This document shows, piece by piece, positions 10,406 to 20,096 of a DNA stretch of 64,000 nt (position 1 is its first letter; each line of letters begins with the position of its first letter). This stretch comes from an uncultured Gemmataceae bacterium (GTDB lineage: Bacteria > Planctomycetota > Planctomycetia > Gemmatales > Gemmataceae). The DNA lies in assembly GCA_963750165.1 (NCBI GenBank), contig CAVVPN010000011.1:1728001-1792000 (forward strand). Direction: 5' to 3'. The translations under genes were made by a program, and so were the position numbers. The notes beneath the pieces were generated by a model, which ran no database searches, was not told the DNA's origin, and was given only the letters and a program-made list of their open reading frames with translations.

Positions 10406-10762
10406 ATGGCCGGCAAACGTCTGTGGCGGGCGGCGCTGGGGTTGGCGTTGGGGGCGGTGCTGCTGATACCCTCCCAGGCGCTGGCCGGGCCATACTTCGG
10501 CGAGTGGGGCCTGTTCTGGCACCAGGCGAAGGACTGCCCGCACGGCGTCTATTCGCCGCTGCACTACTGGGCGCCGCGGCTCTTCTACCTGCGGGCGTTC
10601 TTCCACCCTTCGTACCTGGACCAGTATCCGCCGGGCCCCAGTCCGGCGCCTCCGGTCAACTTTGAAGACCACCGCTACCCCTGTCGCTCGCTGCCGCCGA
10701 CACCCACCAGTCCGTACGCCTACCCGTCCGAGTATTTCGGCCGGCAGATTGCGCCACCGTGA
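10406..10762 (+). CDS. Small secreted Pro/Tyr-rich hypothetical protein
   Basis: AAGGAG RBS, signal peptide ending SQALA, DCPHGVYSPLHYWAP. Confidence 0.65.
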   Translation: MAGKRLWRAALGLALGAVLLIPSQALAGPYFGEWGLFWHQAKDCPHGVYSPLHYWAPRLFYLRAFFHPSYLDQYPPGPSPAPPVNFEDHRYPCRSLPPTPTSPYAYPSEYFGRQIAPP

Positions 10763-10763
10763 G

Positions 10764-10836
10764 GATGAAGGGGTGAAGGGGTGAGGGGGTGAAAGACAAC
10801 GGCTCTTTCACCCCCTCACCCCTTCACCCCTTCATC
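10764..10836. terminator. Perfect 33-bp hairpin built from GGGGTGAA units between convergent genes
   Basis: Arms 10764-10796 and 10804-10836 are exact reverse complements. Confidence 0.75.
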
Positions 10837-10837
10837 T

Positions 10838-12179
10838 TTAGTTGTGCCGCAGCGCCTCAATCGGATCCAGGCGCGATGCCCGGCGCGGGATACCAGCCGA
10901 ACAGCACGCCGACGCCGATGGCCACGCCCAGCGACAGGAAGATCGAACCGACATCCAGCTTGGCCGGCATGTTCATTTTCGACACCAGTCGCACGAACCA
11001 CGGCACGCCGAACACTGTTACCAGCCCCAGCAGCGTGCCCAGCAGGCCGCCGATGCTCGTCTGCACCACCGCCTCAATGATGAACTGCAACGTGATGTCG
11101 CGGCGCTTGGCTCCCAGCGCCCGCCGGATGCCAATCTCGCGCGTCCGCTCCGTCACCGTCGCCAGCATGATGTTCATGATGCCGATACCGCCGACCACCA
11201 GCGAGATCGACGCGATCACGAACAGCAGGACGTTCATGCGGTCGCGGGCCCGCTCCGCCTCCTCCAGCCGGTCCAGCGGCACGATTACCCGCCAGTCCTT
11301 CTTGATGTGATTCCTTTCGATCAGGCTGCGCACCGCGTCGCCAGTGATACGCACCTTCTCGATGTCCGAAACCGTTAGCGTGATCTGGTGCAGCTGCACC
11401 TGTTCGCCGGTGCGGCTGCCGCCCTGGCGGATGATGACCTTTTCGCCGTAACGCACCTGGCACGTCTTGATGGGGATGTACACGTCCTTGTTGAAGTCCT
11501 CCGACGAGCCGCCGCCACCGCTGCGCGCACGCCGCTCGTCGATCACGCCGACGATCACGTATTGCTCCTTGTTGATCACGACGGACTTGCCGATAGCGTC
11601 TTCCAGGGGGAACAACGCCTCGGCCACCGTCGCCCCGAGCACGACCACGGTGCGTAAGCGCTGGTCGTCACCCTCGTCCAACTGGTTATCGCCGTCCACC
11701 AGGAAGCGGCCGGCGGCCATCTTGAAGTGGTTGATTTTGGCGTAGTTATCGGTGGTGCCCACCAGCCGGGCGTTGATCGACTTCTCCAGGTTGCGGATCT
11801 CCTGCGGGAAGACGCGCATCGGCACCGAGCTGATCACCGTGTCCAGTTTGTCCAACCGCTTGTAGTCGTCCCAGGTCAGGCCGTACGGCACGATCCAGGC
11901 CCGCGACTGGGCGGTCGTCTCGTCCACGGGCTTGACGCTCTCGACGATGATGTTGGTGGTGCCCTGCTGACGGATGTCTTCCAGGGCGTCTTCCATGCTG
12001 CCCTTGCCGAAGGCCATCAGGATAATGACCGCCGCGGTGCCGATGATGATGCCCAGCACCGACAGCACCGCCCGCAGCTTGTGCAGCCACAGACTGCGCA
12101 GCGCCAGCACGAAGCCGCTGCGGTACTTCATCCAGGTGACGGCGGCGTGGTCCAGGTAGGATCGGAAGGTGGTGGTCAT
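10838..12179 (-). CDS. MacB/FtsX-type ABC transporter permease (apparent frameshift near 10885)
   Basis: GGIGIMNIMLATVTERTREIGIRRALGA. The canonical tail RRASRLDPIEALRHN* continues in another frame to the stop at 10838. Confidence 0.9.
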
Positions 12180-12194
12180 GGTGCTCTCTGGTCA

Positions 12195-12247
12195 GAGCCC
12201 AAGCGCCAGCGCGGGGTAGCGTCCGCCCCGCGCTGGCGCTCGGGCTC
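12195..12247. repeat. Palindromic REP-like element (second copy at 18001-18044)
   Basis: GAGCCCAAGCGCCAGCGCGGGG...CCCCGCGCTGGCGCTCGGGCTC. Confidence 0.8.
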
Positions 12248-12257
12248 GGAAAGAAGA

Positions 12258-13025
12258 TCAACGCGGCGCCGGTGGGCTGACGATGAGTTCGGTGGACGCC
12301 GGCGCGGGCAGGGACGGGGCGACGGCCGGCGGTTCGGTGTCGTTGCGCATGTCCGATTCCACGTGGCCGTCGCGCATGCGCACCATGCGGCGGGCCCAGG
12401 CGGCGATGTCGTTCTCGTGCGTGACCATGATGATGGTCTTGCCGGTCTGGTTCAACTTGCGCAACAGCCGCATGATCTCGTCGCTGGTGTGCGAGTCGAG
12501 GTTGCCGGTCGGCTCGTCCGCCAAAATGACGTGCGGATCGTTGACCAGGCTGCGGGCAATGGCCACGCGCTGCTGCTGGCCGCCGGACAGCTGCGTCGGC
12601 CGGTGGTCCAGCCGCGAACCCAGGCCGACCATCTCCGCCAGGGCGATGCAGCGCTGCGTCGTCTCCTCGGTCAGGCGGATGCCCTGGTACAGCAGCGGAA
12701 TCTCAATGTTCTCCACCACCGTGTACTGCGGCAGCAAATTGTACGACTGGAAGATGAAGCCGATGTACTTGCTGCGCACCTCCGAGAGTTGATCGTCTTC
12801 CATGTGGGCAACATCCTCGCCGCCGAGGAAGTACTGGCCGCTGGTGCAGCGGTCCAGGCAGCCGAGCAGGTTCAGCAGCGTCGATTTGCCCGAGCCGGAC
12901 GGCCCCATCAGCGCGATGAAGTCGCCCTCGTCGAAGGTCAGCGTCACGCCGTTCAGCGCCGGCACGACAACCTCTTCCATGTGATAATTCTTGACCAGGT
13001 TCACGACCTCTGCGATGGCGCCCAT
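12258..13025 (-). CDS. ABC transporter ATP-binding protein (MacB/LolD-like)
   Basis: [32 protein letters not shown]. Confidence 0.95.
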   Translation of the reverse strand: MGAIAEVVNLVKNYHMEEVVVPALNGVTLTFDEGDFIALMGPSGSGKSTLLNLLGCLDRCTSGQYFLGGEDVAHMEDDQLSEVRSKYIGFIFQSYNLLPQYTVVENIEIPLLYQGIRLTEETTQRCIALAEMVGLGSRLDHRPTQLSGGQQQRVAIARSLVNDPHVILADEPTGNLDSHTSDEIMRLLRKLNQTGKTIIMVTHENDIAAWARRMVRMRDGHVESDMRNDTEPPAVAPSLPAPASTELIVSPPAPR

Positions 13026-13124
13026 ACCGGATGCTTCCTCTTCGGGAGTGTTCCGCGTGGTGCTGCTGCTCGCGGCCCGGCGCTTCCGCCAGGCCGCGAG
13101 CAGCAGAAAACCTGCTGCCAACCG

Positions 13125-15200
13125 TTACGCCTCGCTCCGCTCCAGGCGGCGGAGCAGCGGCGTGGGCAAGGCCAGCCGAGCTGTCTCCGTCGGCAACGCC
13201 TCCGGCCGGCGCAGCCAACCCGCCTGATTCGGCGCGGCCTTGTTGCCGCCTGGCGGGCCACCGCCAGGGGCCACGGCCTTGCCGTCCTTCTTCGGCGGGA
13301 TGACGCCTGGTGCGGCGCCCTTGAGACCGCCGCCCTTCTTGCCGTCGCCGCCGTAGCCACCCGGGCCGCCCGGGCCGCCCTTGCCGCGCGGCCGGCCCAC
13401 CCGCAGGCCGTTCTCATCGTCCTTGATGAGCGAACTCGGGTCCAGGACGATCTTGTCGCCCTCCTTCAGGCCCGACTTGACTTCCACGTCGCGCTCGTTG
13501 CTCAGGCCGATCTGGATGGCCCGTTTCTCAGGGAAGCCGGCCTCGTTGATGACGAAGACGTGCCGGTCGGCGCCCGAGTTGATGGTACCGATCACCGACT
13601 GGATCGGCACCAACAGAACGGGATCCTTGGTTTCCTCGGCCACGATGGTCACCTCCGCGGACATGCCAGGTTTCAGGCCCGTCATCTTGGTGTCGATGGA
13701 CACCAGGGTCTTGTAAACCTTCACGTCGGAGGAGAACCAGTCCTGCTGCGAGGCGACCGTGTCCACCACCTTGACGTGGCCCGGGAGCAACTGCGCCGGG
13801 AAGGCGTCCACCTTGATGGAGGCGTGCTGCCAGCTGCTCTTGTTCTCCTTGTCCGCGCTGTGCAGGTGCCGCACGAACGCCTCGGGGACACGGACGTTGA
13901 CCATCATCTTGTCCAGGTCGGGGATCTGCATCATCTTCTGGTTCTCGCGCACCGGCTCGCCCTGGGCGACGATGGACTGCTGCGTGCCGCCACCGCCGCG
14001 CACCTGCTCGGGCACATAGTACACCAGCAGGCCGTCCTGCGGCGCCCGCACCGTACACTTGGCGATCTCACTGAGGATTTCCATCTGCCGATCCAGATCC
14101 TGCCGATACAGCGACGTCTTCTCCTTGCGCACGGCCTCGGCCTGGATCATCTTGGAACGCGCCAGGAGTTCCGCCTTGCGCAGGTCACGTTGCTTCTCGT
14201 TCTGCTTGCTGGTCAAATCCTGGATGGTGCGCGGCTTGATGTACTTCTCCAGCACGCGCTGCTCCTCCTCGACCTTCTGCAGGGCGATGCGCGAACCCTC
14301 CTCGCGGTCCTTGTCGGCGTCGGCCTGGACCTTGCTCATCAGGCCCTTCTTCCACATGCGATTCGACCAGGCGGACCGCTCCTTCCAGCTAATCAGGTCT
14401 GACTTGGCCGTCTCCATGCGGCCCTCCACGTCCTTGCGGGCCTGCTCGTAATCGCCCTCGATGTACTTCTTCAGGTCGATCTTGGCCAACTCGTAGGCAT
14501 TCCGCTTCACTTCGATGTCGGTCTCGTTCTCCAGTTCCTGGATGCGGTAGTCCTGCTCGGCCTTGATCATCAGGGACATGGACGTTTCCACCGCCTGGTT
14601 CTTGTCCTTGAGCTGCTCCTGCAGGCCGGACGACTCCAGTTCCATGATGACCTCGCCCTCGCTTTTCGGCTTGCCGTACGTGGCCACGATGGCCGGCGTC
14701 AGCGGGCCGCCGCCCACGGTGGGGATGCTCCACTGGAGCAGGCCGCGCGCGAAGTCGGCGATCTGGTCGTGCTTCCACTTCGGCCCCTTGATGTAGGAAC
14801 CGGCCTCCACCAGTGAGCGGATGGTGGTGGCGGTGGTGCTGTTGGTGGTGCGCGGCTTGACGGTGCAGTAGATGTCGCCGTTCTTGGCCGACTCCAGGGT
14901 ACCGCGGGCCACGATGGTGACCTTGAGCCGCTCCTTGCGGACGGTGGCCGTCAGCCCGGTGTAGGGCGAGCGGCCGAAGATGACGCCCGTCCAGGACAGC
15001 GTGCCCACCACCCCGCCCACCAGGACAAGGGTGACCAGCACCAGGGTGACGATCCTGCGCCGCCTACTCCAGCCCTGCTTGGGCCGCGGTGGGCGGGAGG
15101 AGGACGGCGGGATGGTACTCAAGCGAGACTGCGGTTCCCCGTTGGTTACCGGGGACTGGGAGCTGGGGGGGGAGGAGCCGGGGGGTTGGGAGGAGCTCAT
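13125..15200 (-). CDS. Efflux periplasmic adaptor subunit (MacA/HlyD-like)
   Basis: One TM helix, long coiled coil, VRAPQDGLLVY, LKPGMSAEVTI, VKSGLKEGDKIVL. Confidence 0.88.
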   Translation of the reverse strand: MSSSQPPGSSPPSSQSPVTNGEPQSRLSTIPPSSSRPPRPKQGWSRRRRIVTLVLVTLVLVGGVVGTLSWTGVIFGRSPYTGLTATVRKERLKVTIVARGTLESAKNGDIYCTVKPRTTNSTTATTIRSLVEAGSYIKGPKWKHDQIADFARGLLQWSIPTVGGGPLTPAIVATYGKPKSEGEVIMELESSGLQEQLKDKNQAVETSMSLMIKAEQDYRIQELENETDIEVKRNAYELAKIDLKKYIEGDYEQARKDVEGRMETAKSDLISWKERSAWSNRMWKKGLMSKVQADADKDREEGSRIALQKVEEEQRVLEKYIKPRTIQDLTSKQNEKQRDLRKAELLARSKMIQAEAVRKEKTSLYRQDLDRQMEILSEIAKCTVRAPQDGLLVYYVPEQVRGGGGTQQSIVAQGEPVRENQKMMQIPDLDKMMVNVRVPEAFVRHLHSADKENKSSWQHASIKVDAFPAQLLPGHVKVVDTVASQQDWFSSDVKVYKTLVSIDTKMTGLKPGMSAEVTIVAEETKDPVLLVPIQSVIGTINSGADRHVFVINEAGFPEKRAIQIGLSNERDVEVKSGLKEGDKIVLDPSSLIKDDENGLRVGRPRGKGGPGGPGGYGGDGKKGGGLKGAAPGVIPPKKDGKAVAPGGGPPGGNKAAPNQAGWLRRPEALPTETARLALPTPLLRRLERSEA

Positions 15201-17898
15201 CGGATGCAGGTCTCCATTGATCGCCGGGCACGGGCTGTCCCAGGGACGCCCCGGGGGCAGCACAGCTGGAGCAATCGGTTACGTCGGCTAATTCGTCAAT
15301 CCAGACGCCGCGGGCGTCCAGGGGCAGGCGCTCGAGGTCGAGGAACATTTCCATGCGCGTGGCAAGGAAACTGAGCCAGAGGTCGTACATCTTGGTCTGG
15401 GCACCGTTCAGGTTGCCCAGGGCTTGCAGGTACTGGTTCGTCAGGGCGGCGGCGTTGGCGGCTGAAGCGGGACCGAGTTGGCTGGGATCGGCCGGGGCCA
15501 CGATGACTTCCAGGGCGTTTTCCACCTGGTTGTAGTACGACTCCAGCACCTTCTGTTGGATTTTATAGTTCGCGGCGAACAATTGCAACTGGCGAACGTC
15601 AAATCTTACCTGGGCGGCAATGTTATCTTCCAGGCTCATCAGGTTGCGCCGTGCGCGCTGGTAGTTGATGAGCGCGGTGCGGTAGGTGATCTGCTCGACC
15701 TTGCGAACGAGCGGCAGGGCGGCGTTGAACGTCAGCGAGGCGCTGGTCCGCGACGGCGCGAAGGCGAACGGCAGCGACCGGCCCGCCGGCGTCGAACTGC
15801 TCAGGTTGCCGGCGACGTTGAAAATGCCCAGCAGGGCGTTGGCCGTCACCCGCAGCTGTCGCCAGGCGTCCACCACCTGGGCGCGGGCGTTCATCAGATC
15901 GACGCGGTTGCTCAGGGCGTACCTGACCGCCTCCTCCTGCGCCTTGTCCACATTGGCGGTGACCAGATCGAGGCCGTTCAGGCACACTTTCGGCTGTTCC
16001 GGCCAGTTGCGACCGACGGCCTCGAAGCGGTCGTTGCGCGCCCAGGCCAGCATCAGGCCGGCGGAGTACAGGACCAGGCGGAACGTCTTGAGCCGGTCCT
16101 GCCGCCGCTTCACCTCGTCCTTGATGTTCTTCCACGGCTCGCCCTCGTAGAAGCGCAGATCCTTTTCCAGGGTGCCCACCTGGCCGAGGAAATCCACCTC
16201 GGTGAGTCGGGCGGCGTCCTGCGGCGACATCGCTATTTTCTTGACATCCAGGTCCGTCTTGAGGTCGAGCAGCTTGCTGCGCTCCAGGGCCAGCTTCTGC
16301 TGCCGCTCGGTCAGCTGCTTGTCGGTCAGTTTGGTTTTCTCCACGGCGTCCAGGGCGCGCCCGATGTTCTTCTGGAAGTCCGTTCCCTTGACTAACGCAT
16401 CCGAAGTGAACAACTTGCGCAGGAAAACGCGAAGTTGCGCCGGCGGCAGCGCGTCCTGTTTCTCGACCTCCTTGTAAGCGGCGTCGGCCTCGGCCAGAAT
16501 GTCGTAATAGGCGTCCAGCTGCCTGGTGACCGGCCGGCCGGGCGAATCGTCGAGCACCAGCGGCACGTTGGTGGGGATGCCCAGTTGCAGCTTGAACTGG
16601 TCCTTGGCGTTGGTCATGTCCTGGTAGTCCTTCAGGACGGCGTTGCGGGCATTGAGCAGGGTGCTGGTAACCTGCATGACCTGCAGCGGCGAGACCTGGC
16701 CGCCTTCCTCGAAGCCCTCGAAGAGCTTGAGCGACTTCTCCAGGTCGCGGACGTACTTGGTATCGACGGCCAGGTCGAACTCACGGTAGAGCGACGGCAG
16801 GTAGCCGCGGAACTCGCCGGCCACGTCGGTGCTGGCGACGCCCAGGGTGGCCAGCGTCGAGATGGCCGTGTTGCCGGTGACGCTGACCGCCGCCTCCAGC
16901 GACGCGGGCGGTACCGTGCCCAGGGCGATGGACAGGTAGAACTGCCGGCGGTAGCGGGAGTACGCGCGGATGTCGTAGACAAGGGTGCGCTCGACCTGGG
17001 TGAGCGGCTCCAGGGTGACAGCCCGGCCGCCGCCGCGCAGCAACGGTTGCACGATGTCGAGGTTCACGGTCGAGACGCTGGTGGTGTGCGGGCCGACGCC
17101 GAGGAAATTGATGACGGTGTTGTTGGCGAAGGCGGCGGTGAGCAGGGCGCCGGTGCTGAACAGCTTGCTGAAGCCGCCAGCCGTGCTGACGTTCCAGTTG
17201 TTGGTGTGGCCCAGCGGCGACAGCGGGCCGGCCCAGTTGCGCATGGCGTCCTCGGTGGCGGAGAACTGGTAGACGAAGCTGAAGCGCTGCAGCGCCACCG
17301 GCAGGGAGTTCAGATACAGATCCTCGCGGATGAACTGGTATTCGCGGCTGTTGATGAGACCGAGTTCGACGGTCTGGTCGAGCTTGAGCAGGAAGCCGGT
17401 GCGCTCGGCATACAGGGGCAGGTCAAAGATGGTCTGCAGGGGCGCCCGGGTGATGTCGGCGGGGTTGGTGGGCCGGGCGGGGCCATCCTTCTCGCGCTGC
17501 TCGCGGTTCTGGCCGTCCCAGATCTTGAGCATTTCCACATAGGCGGTGCCGTACACGTTGCCGACGCCCGCGGGGTAGGGCTGTTGCGGGTGCGGCGTGA
17601 CGCGGTAGGTGTAGTCGTCATCGGTCGGCATCGGCGGCCGATCCGGGTTGGTCGGGTCGGCGAAGCGGGCGCGCTGGTCCGGGTAAACGTGGTACTGTTC
17701 GATCTTCCACAGCAGCGGCGACTGCTTGTCCTTTTCGGCCAGGATGTCGTTAACTTCCTTGTCCTCGCACTTGCGGTAGTAGGCGCGCGTACAGCCGCTC
17801 AGGACGATGAGGACCAGCGCGAGCAACGCCAGGCTGAGCAGATAACGGCTCAAGGGGAAAAGCTGGCGAGACTGGGAGGTTAGCGCGCGATCTTCCAT
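15064..17898 (-). CDS. Large TolC-family outer membrane lipoprotein
   Basis: Lipobox LSGC, NSREYQ..REDLY, QPLLRGGGRAVTLEPLTQ, ALSNRVDLMNARAQVVDAWRQ; clustered with adaptor and ABC genes. Confidence 0.8.
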   Translation of the reverse strand: MEDRALTSQSRQLFPLSRYLLSLALLALVLIVLSGCTRAYYRKCEDKEVNDILAEKDKQSPLLWKIEQYHVYPDQRARFADPTNPDRPPMPTDDDYTYRVTPHPQQPYPAGVGNVYGTAYVEMLKIWDGQNREQREKDGPARPTNPADITRAPLQTIFDLPLYAERTGFLLKLDQTVELGLINSREYQFIREDLYLNSLPVALQRFSFVYQFSATEDAMRNWAGPLSPLGHTNNWNVSTAGGFSKLFSTGALLTAAFANNTVINFLGVGPHTTSVSTVNLDIVQPLLRGGGRAVTLEPLTQVERTLVYDIRAYSRYRRQFYLSIALGTVPPASLEAAVSVTGNTAISTLATLGVASTDVAGEFRGYLPSLYREFDLAVDTKYVRDLEKSLKLFEGFEEGGQVSPLQVMQVTSTLLNARNAVLKDYQDMTNAKDQFKLQLGIPTNVPLVLDDSPGRPVTRQLDAYYDILAEADAAYKEVEKQDALPPAQLRVFLRKLFTSDALVKGTDFQKNIGRALDAVEKTKLTDKQLTERQQKLALERSKLLDLKTDLDVKKIAMSPQDAARLTEVDFLGQVGTLEKDLRFYEGEPWKNIKDEVKRRQDRLKTFRLVLYSAGLMLAWARNDRFEAVGRNWPEQPKVCLNGLDLVTANVDKAQEEAVRYALSNRVDLMNARAQVVDAWRQLRVTANALLGIFNVAGNLSSSTPAGRSLPFAFAPSRTSASLTFNAALPLVRKVEQITYRTALINYQRARRNLMSLEDNIAAQVRFDVRQLQLFAANYKIQQKVLESYYNQVENALEVIVAPADPSQLGPASAANAAALTNQYLQALGNLNGAQTKMYDLWLSFLATRMEMFLDLERLPLDARGVWIDELADVTDCSSCAAPGASLGQPVPGDQWRPASDELLPTPRLLPPQLPVPGNQRGTAVSLEYHPAVLLPPTAAQAGLE

Positions 17899-18000
17899 GA
17901 CGCCCTCGTGCTCTCGGCGATACACACGTCACATCCGGTATCTTTGGTATCGGCCGAAAAGTCGCGCCAACTTGACATGCGGGATTCAGGAGGTGGGTCG

Positions 18001-18044
18001 GAGCCCGAGCGCCAGCGCGGGACCCCGCGCTGGCGCTCGGGCTC
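18001..18044. repeat. Palindromic REP-like element (copy of 12195-12247)
   Basis: GAGCCCGAGCGCCAGCGCGGG-AC-CCCGCGCTGGCGCTCGGGCTC. Confidence 0.8.
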
Positions 18045-18057
18045 CGACCAGAAGCTA

Positions 18058-19740
18058 CTAATGTGCCATCGCCACGGCGGGTTCGCTGACCATCCGGCCG
18101 TTGAGCCAGCGGTCCAGATGGCCGAAGAGCGGGCTGACCTGATCGCGGGTGACGGCGCCCATGGTGGCGATCTGCACCATGCGCTTCTCGGCGAGGTAGC
18201 CGCTCTGGCCGCCGATGGCGAAGCCCCACAGCCGGCAGCGGGCCACGAAGGCGTTGGAACCCTCCATCCCCGGCGGCGCGAACGTGGTCACCACCGGGCA
18301 GGCGTGCTCATCGCGCGCGAGCGGGTCCAGGCCCAGGCGGCGCAACTCGCCGCGGACGTAAGCCCCCAGCTCGGCGTAGCGGTCGTAGGTGGCCCGGGCG
18401 CGCGCCGGCGTCGCGTACTCCTGCAGGGCCGCCTCCAGGGCGCGCAGCGTTGGCGACGGGAAGGTGTAGCACGGCCCCTCGCTGGCCAGCGCCGCCACCA
18501 CGTCGAAGTAACTCGGCACCCGACTGCGGTCCAGTGTCTTCAGCGCCTCGGCGTCGGCGAAGATCAGCGCCCCGCCGGCGAACGAGCCGAGCGCCTTGCC
18601 AGTCGAGCCGGTCGCCATGTACACGTCGCGCAGGTCGAGCGGCACGGCGCCAAGGCTGCTGATGCAGTCGATGCAGACGCGGACGCCGTGCTTGCGGGCC
18701 ACACGGACCAGGCCAGGGAGATCGTTGAGCACGCCAGTGCTGGACTCCTGATGGACGCCCCAGACCCAGCTGCCGGCCGGCTCCTCGCGCAGCGCCGCCT
18801 CCACTTCGTCGAGGTTCCAGGGTTCGCCCCAGGGCCACTCCAGCAGCCGCGGTTGCAGGCCAAAGCGCGTCGCTTGCCGGGCCAGGCGCTGGCCGAACTC
18901 GCCAGTGCTGAGCAGCACGCCGCGACCGCGGCCAGCCGTCGCCGCCAGCGTCGCCGCCACGCTCTCGTTGGCCAGCGTGCCGCTGCCGTTGAGGATGGCC
19001 GCGGCGGGCGCGTTGACCAGCTCCGCCAGCTGGCGACGCACGGACTGGAAGCGACGGATGAACTCGGGGCCGCGGTGGTAGATCGGCGGCTCGTGGAAGG
19101 CGTCGCGCACCGCCTGCGACGTGGTGACCGGCCCCGGCAGCAGACACACCGTCTCGCGCGGCGGCAGTCCCTGACGGCGGACATGCCCCTCCCACATGCG
19201 CTTGACGCGCTGAATCTTGGCCGGCAGCGCCGCCACGTCGAGCATCATCGGCACGAACGCGGCGTTGCCACAGTGGACCGCCGGGCCGAGCGGCACGAAG
19301 CCGATTTTTTCGTACAGGTCGAGCCGCGACTCGACACCGGAGATGAACAGGTGCGTGTAGCCGTGCGCCTGCGTGTAGTGCTCCAGCGACCAGATCAGGC
19401 CGAAGAACAGCGTGCTGTTGCGCTCCTGCGGCTCGATGGCCAGCAGCCGCACCTCCAGCGGCCGGGTGCCGGGCCGCGTCAGGATGCCCGGGTCGGGCAG
19501 CCGGTCGGCGACGGAGAACGGTGGCTGATCGTGGACGCTGAGCATGCCGACGACGCGGTCGTCGCGCAGGACGATCAGGTAGTCGTTTTTACTGTGAAAT
19601 TTATCGACGAGCATCCCGGTGCCGGTGTCGGGGTGCTGCGGAATTTCGCTGACGAAGGTCCGATAATTGAGGCAGTGAATCTGCTCAAATTCCTGCCGCG
19701 TGTCCGCACATTTGAAGACGTAGTGACCGACTCGCAACAT
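18058..19740 (-). CDS. GNAT-type N-acyltransferase fused to class V PLP-dependent aminotransferase
   Basis: N-terminal EQIHCLNYRTFVSEIPQH, EVRLLAI, LYEKIGF. C-terminal LLPGPV, GSGTLANE, HQESSTG, DCISSLG, STGKAL (PLP lysine). Confidence 0.85.
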   Translation of the reverse strand: MLRVGHYVFKCADTRQEFEQIHCLNYRTFVSEIPQHPDTGTGMLVDKFHSKNDYLIVLRDDRVVGMLSVHDQPPFSVADRLPDPGILTRPGTRPLEVRLLAIEPQERNSTLFFGLIWSLEHYTQAHGYTHLFISGVESRLDLYEKIGFVPLGPAVHCGNAAFVPMMLDVAALPAKIQRVKRMWEGHVRRQGLPPRETVCLLPGPVTTSQAVRDAFHEPPIYHRGPEFIRRFQSVRRQLAELVNAPAAAILNGSGTLANESVAATLAATAGRGRGVLLSTGEFGQRLARQATRFGLQPRLLEWPWGEPWNLDEVEAALREEPAGSWVWGVHQESSTGVLNDLPGLVRVARKHGVRVCIDCISSLGAVPLDLRDVYMATGSTGKALGSFAGGALIFADAEALKTLDRSRVPSYFDVVAALASEGPCYTFPSPTLRALEAALQEYATPARARATYDRYAELGAYVRGELRRLGLDPLARDEHACPVVTTFAPPGMEGSNAFVARCRLWGFAIGGQSGYLAEKRMVQIATMGAVTRDQVSPLFGHLDRWLNGRMVSEPAVAMAH

Positions 19741-20096
19741 CCTGGACCACCTCCGACGGTGCCTCGCCCTGGCGCGCGGTGAGGGACGCAACGCCCTTCG
19801 GCGCTTGAAGGGCGCAGCCGCGCAGCACCTCGTATGGCAGAGAGGTTATAAACCTTTGCGGTAGTTTGCAAGGACTTGCTGAAAAGAGAACGATCAGAAG
19901 CTCGCCGCTTCGTTAAACCTTCTTGTTTGTAGGTTCTGCGAAAGATCTCCGGCAAGGGAGCAGGCGTTCAGGCCGTCGGAAAAGACCGCGTGTTCAGTGT
20001 TCGGAGTTCGGAGTTCGGTTTTCCGTGGTCCACGGACAGCTGCTCGATTATGATGCGGATGGGGTCTTGTCACCGAACACCATTCCGGAGGAATCC

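Noticed and set aside
11727..14402. Long opposite-strand ORFs (also 39766-43038, 44884-47232, 29986-32577, 54423-56921)
   Set aside because: Antisense shadows of real genes, expected in high-GC DNA; no recognisable motifs
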